Shown here one piece after another: positions 5,999 to 7,057 of a stretch of 7,057 bases of DNA. Both the position numbers and the translations under genes were made by a program. Where the stretch lies: IMG/VR virus record IMGVR_UViG_2645728091_000009; one strand, 5' to 3'. A model generated the notes under the pieces. The model was given only the letters and a program-made list of their open reading frames with translations, was not told the origin of the DNA and did no database searches. Numbering within the stretch: position 1 is the stretch's first letter; each line of letters begins with the position of its first letter. This DNA is from a virus. Lineage: Duplodnaviria > Heunggongvirae > Uroviricota > Caudoviricetes.

Positions 5999-6626
5999 TG
6001 CTCACATCCAAATCTTTATCCTTCGTACGCCGACGAAGAGGCACCTTATTAATCTCCGCTTCGTCAGGGAGTGTGTTATAATCAAGAGACATAAGCGGCA
6101 TCGATGCTGTAGATTGATGAGAAACTATACTAATCTGAGCACCATAAGTATTAAATCCAACAAGAGCTACCTCCCAACGAGGCAGTGTGGACTCTAATTC
6201 ACCATCGCCCTCTTCGGATAAAAAAGGCTCAGCTATGACTCGCCATGTAATATCTTGCTCAGCCTCAACATCACCAAACAATGAGAGCTGCTCATACTCT
6301 ACTTTATTTCGACGCAGACGATGTTTCTTTTTGGGGTTATTAATGCAATCTTTGGTAAATTGTAGCGGAACTTTATTTAAAGCAACTACATAGTCCAACC
6401 CCTTGGAAATCATCTCAAGGCCAGGAATTGCATCTTCATTTTGAATAAGATGATTTCTGACCCAATCATAAGCCCTTACACCTTCAGACCAGTTGCTGTC
6501 TAATGCGTGCTTATGATAGTACAGCTGCTCAAGTACGTTAGCGATCTCCGCCAACAAGTGGCGAACATAGTTTTCAGCAAGATAAGGTTGAAATTCCCAA
6601 CAAGGAGCTAACTGATTTTCATTCAT
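5976..6626 (-). CDS. Hypothetical 216-aa protein with no recognisable domain, co-operonic with the HTH-peptidase; candidate toxin/effector partner
   Basis: Long ORF in an AT-rich segment whose 3' end overlaps the downstream gene start by 23 nt. Acidic C-terminal half and a basic patch (NPKKKHRLRRNK). No TM segment or catalytic motif I can identify. Weak RBS. Confidence 0.7.
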   Translation of the reverse strand: MNENQLAPCWEFQPYLAENYVRHLLAEIANVLEQLYYHKHALDSNWSEGVRAYDWVRNHLIQNEDAIPGLEMISKGLDYVVALNKVPLQFTKDCINNPKKKHRLRRNKVEYEQLSLFGDVEAEQDITWRVIAEPFLSEEGDGELESTLPRWEVALVGFNTYGAQISIVSHQSTASMPLMSLDYNTLPDEAEINKVPLRRRTKDKDLDVSSDGTSGE

Positions 6627-6661
6627 TTCAAGTTTCGCTTTTTTTAGAATTCGTAAACCAC

Positions 6662-6690
6662 ATATTTTCGCATTTTTCTATTTTTGTCAA
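6662..6690 (-). promoter_or_regulatory. Candidate sigma70 promoter of the two-gene cassette
   Basis: On minus strand: perfect -35 TTGACA (plus 6685-6690) followed 15-17 nt later by an A/T-rich -10 region (TGcGAAAAT / AAATAT), about 40 nt upstream of the 216-aa start. Confidence 0.4.
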
Positions 6691-6702
6691 CCAGACTAAT
6701 GC

Positions 6703-6722
6703 AAAAACCCGCCGAAGCGGGT
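6703..6722 (-). terminator. Rho-independent terminator downstream of hok; right copy of the 20-bp direct repeat
   Basis: Minus-strand RNA CCCGC-UUCG-GCGGG followed by UUUUU. Identical 20-mer to 4868-4887. Confidence 0.5.
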
Positions 6723-6791
6723 TAAGTGCGGGTGCGTTGAGGATGCCTGGCACATCAGAGGTGGCGGGAGATTACTCCCCCGCCGGGTCTC

Positions 6792-6947
6792 TTACTCCTC
6801 AGGTTCGTAAGCTGTGAAGACAGCGACCTCCGTCTGGCCGGTTCGGATTCGTACCTCGCAGAGGTCTTTCCTCGTTACCAGTGCCGTCACTATGACGGTT
6901 AAACAGATGACGATCAGGGCGATTAACATCGCCTTTTGCTGCTTCAT
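6792..6947 (-). CDS. hokD: Hok/Gef-family type I toxin (small membrane-damaging peptide), HokD/RelF-like
   Basis: 51-aa product from the internal ATG at 6947: MKQQKAMLIALIVICLTVIVTALVTRKDLCEVRIRTGQTEVAVFTAYEPEE. It has the Hok signature (hydrophobic helix, TRK.LCE, conserved C-terminal region) and matches HokD as I recall it. RBS AGGAGA 9 nt upstream. The in-frame 64-aa extension in the ORF track is probably not used. Paralog assignment (hokD versus hokC-like) unverified. Confidence 0.8.
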   Translation of the reverse strand: MKQQKAMLIALIVICLTVIVTALVTRKDLCEVRIRTGQTEVAVFTAYEPEE

Positions 6948-7057
6948 AGCCTGCTTCTCCTGTGTAAGTTCACAGAGATATTGCAATTGCCTCCGGATAA
7001 GTAAGGGGAGATTGCACTATGCAAATGCAGCATCTGATGGTTGGCTATCCTAAGTAC

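Noticed and set aside
5618-6393. Plus-strand ORFs 5618-5818 and 6187-6393 inside the cassette
   Set aside because: Antisense to the two cassette genes; short, low-complexity translations.
6814-7053. Plus-strand 79-aa ORF opposite hok, and the 13-codon in-frame N-terminal extension of hok (6948-6986)
   Set aside because: The plus ORF is antisense to the hok gene and leader. An antisense Sok-like RNA is possible here but would be non-coding. The extension lacks an RBS, whereas the internal ATG at 6947 has AGGAGA at optimal spacing and yields the canonical 51-aa Hok.
1-7057. CRISPR array, rRNA, integrase or transposase gene
   Set aside because: No repeat-spacer periodicity, no rRNA-like sequence, and no ORF with recombinase or transposase motifs was seen.

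Overview
This window looks like part of the late-regulatory (nin/Q) region of a lambdoid prophage (Qin/DLP12/Stx-phage-like mosaic) in an Escherichia-like enterobacterium. Every credible gene is on the minus strand. In transcription order (high to low coordinates): a Hok-family type I toxin gene (6947-6792) -> intrinsic terminator -> an AT-rich two-gene cassette (unknown 216-aa protein plus a 368-aa XRE-HTH/ImmA-IrrE Zn-metallopeptidase fusion) with its own promoter, bracketed by two identical 20-bp terminator hairpins -> two small hypothetical ORFs -> YdfU-like protein -> RusA resolvase -> Q-type antiterminator candidate -> tR'-like terminator -> small ORF -> terminator -> orphan beta-class DNA methyltransferase -> three tRNA genes (anticodons CAU, UCG, UCU) -> terminator -> an 11-bp hairpin carrying a Tn5-end-like 19-mer. 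The strongest candidate for a novel system is the cassette at about 4888-6702, which has the architecture of a toxin-antitoxin / anti-phage defence module. No CRISPR array, rRNA or intact transposase gene is present. All calls come from reading the sequence and the supplied ORF translations; no database search was run.
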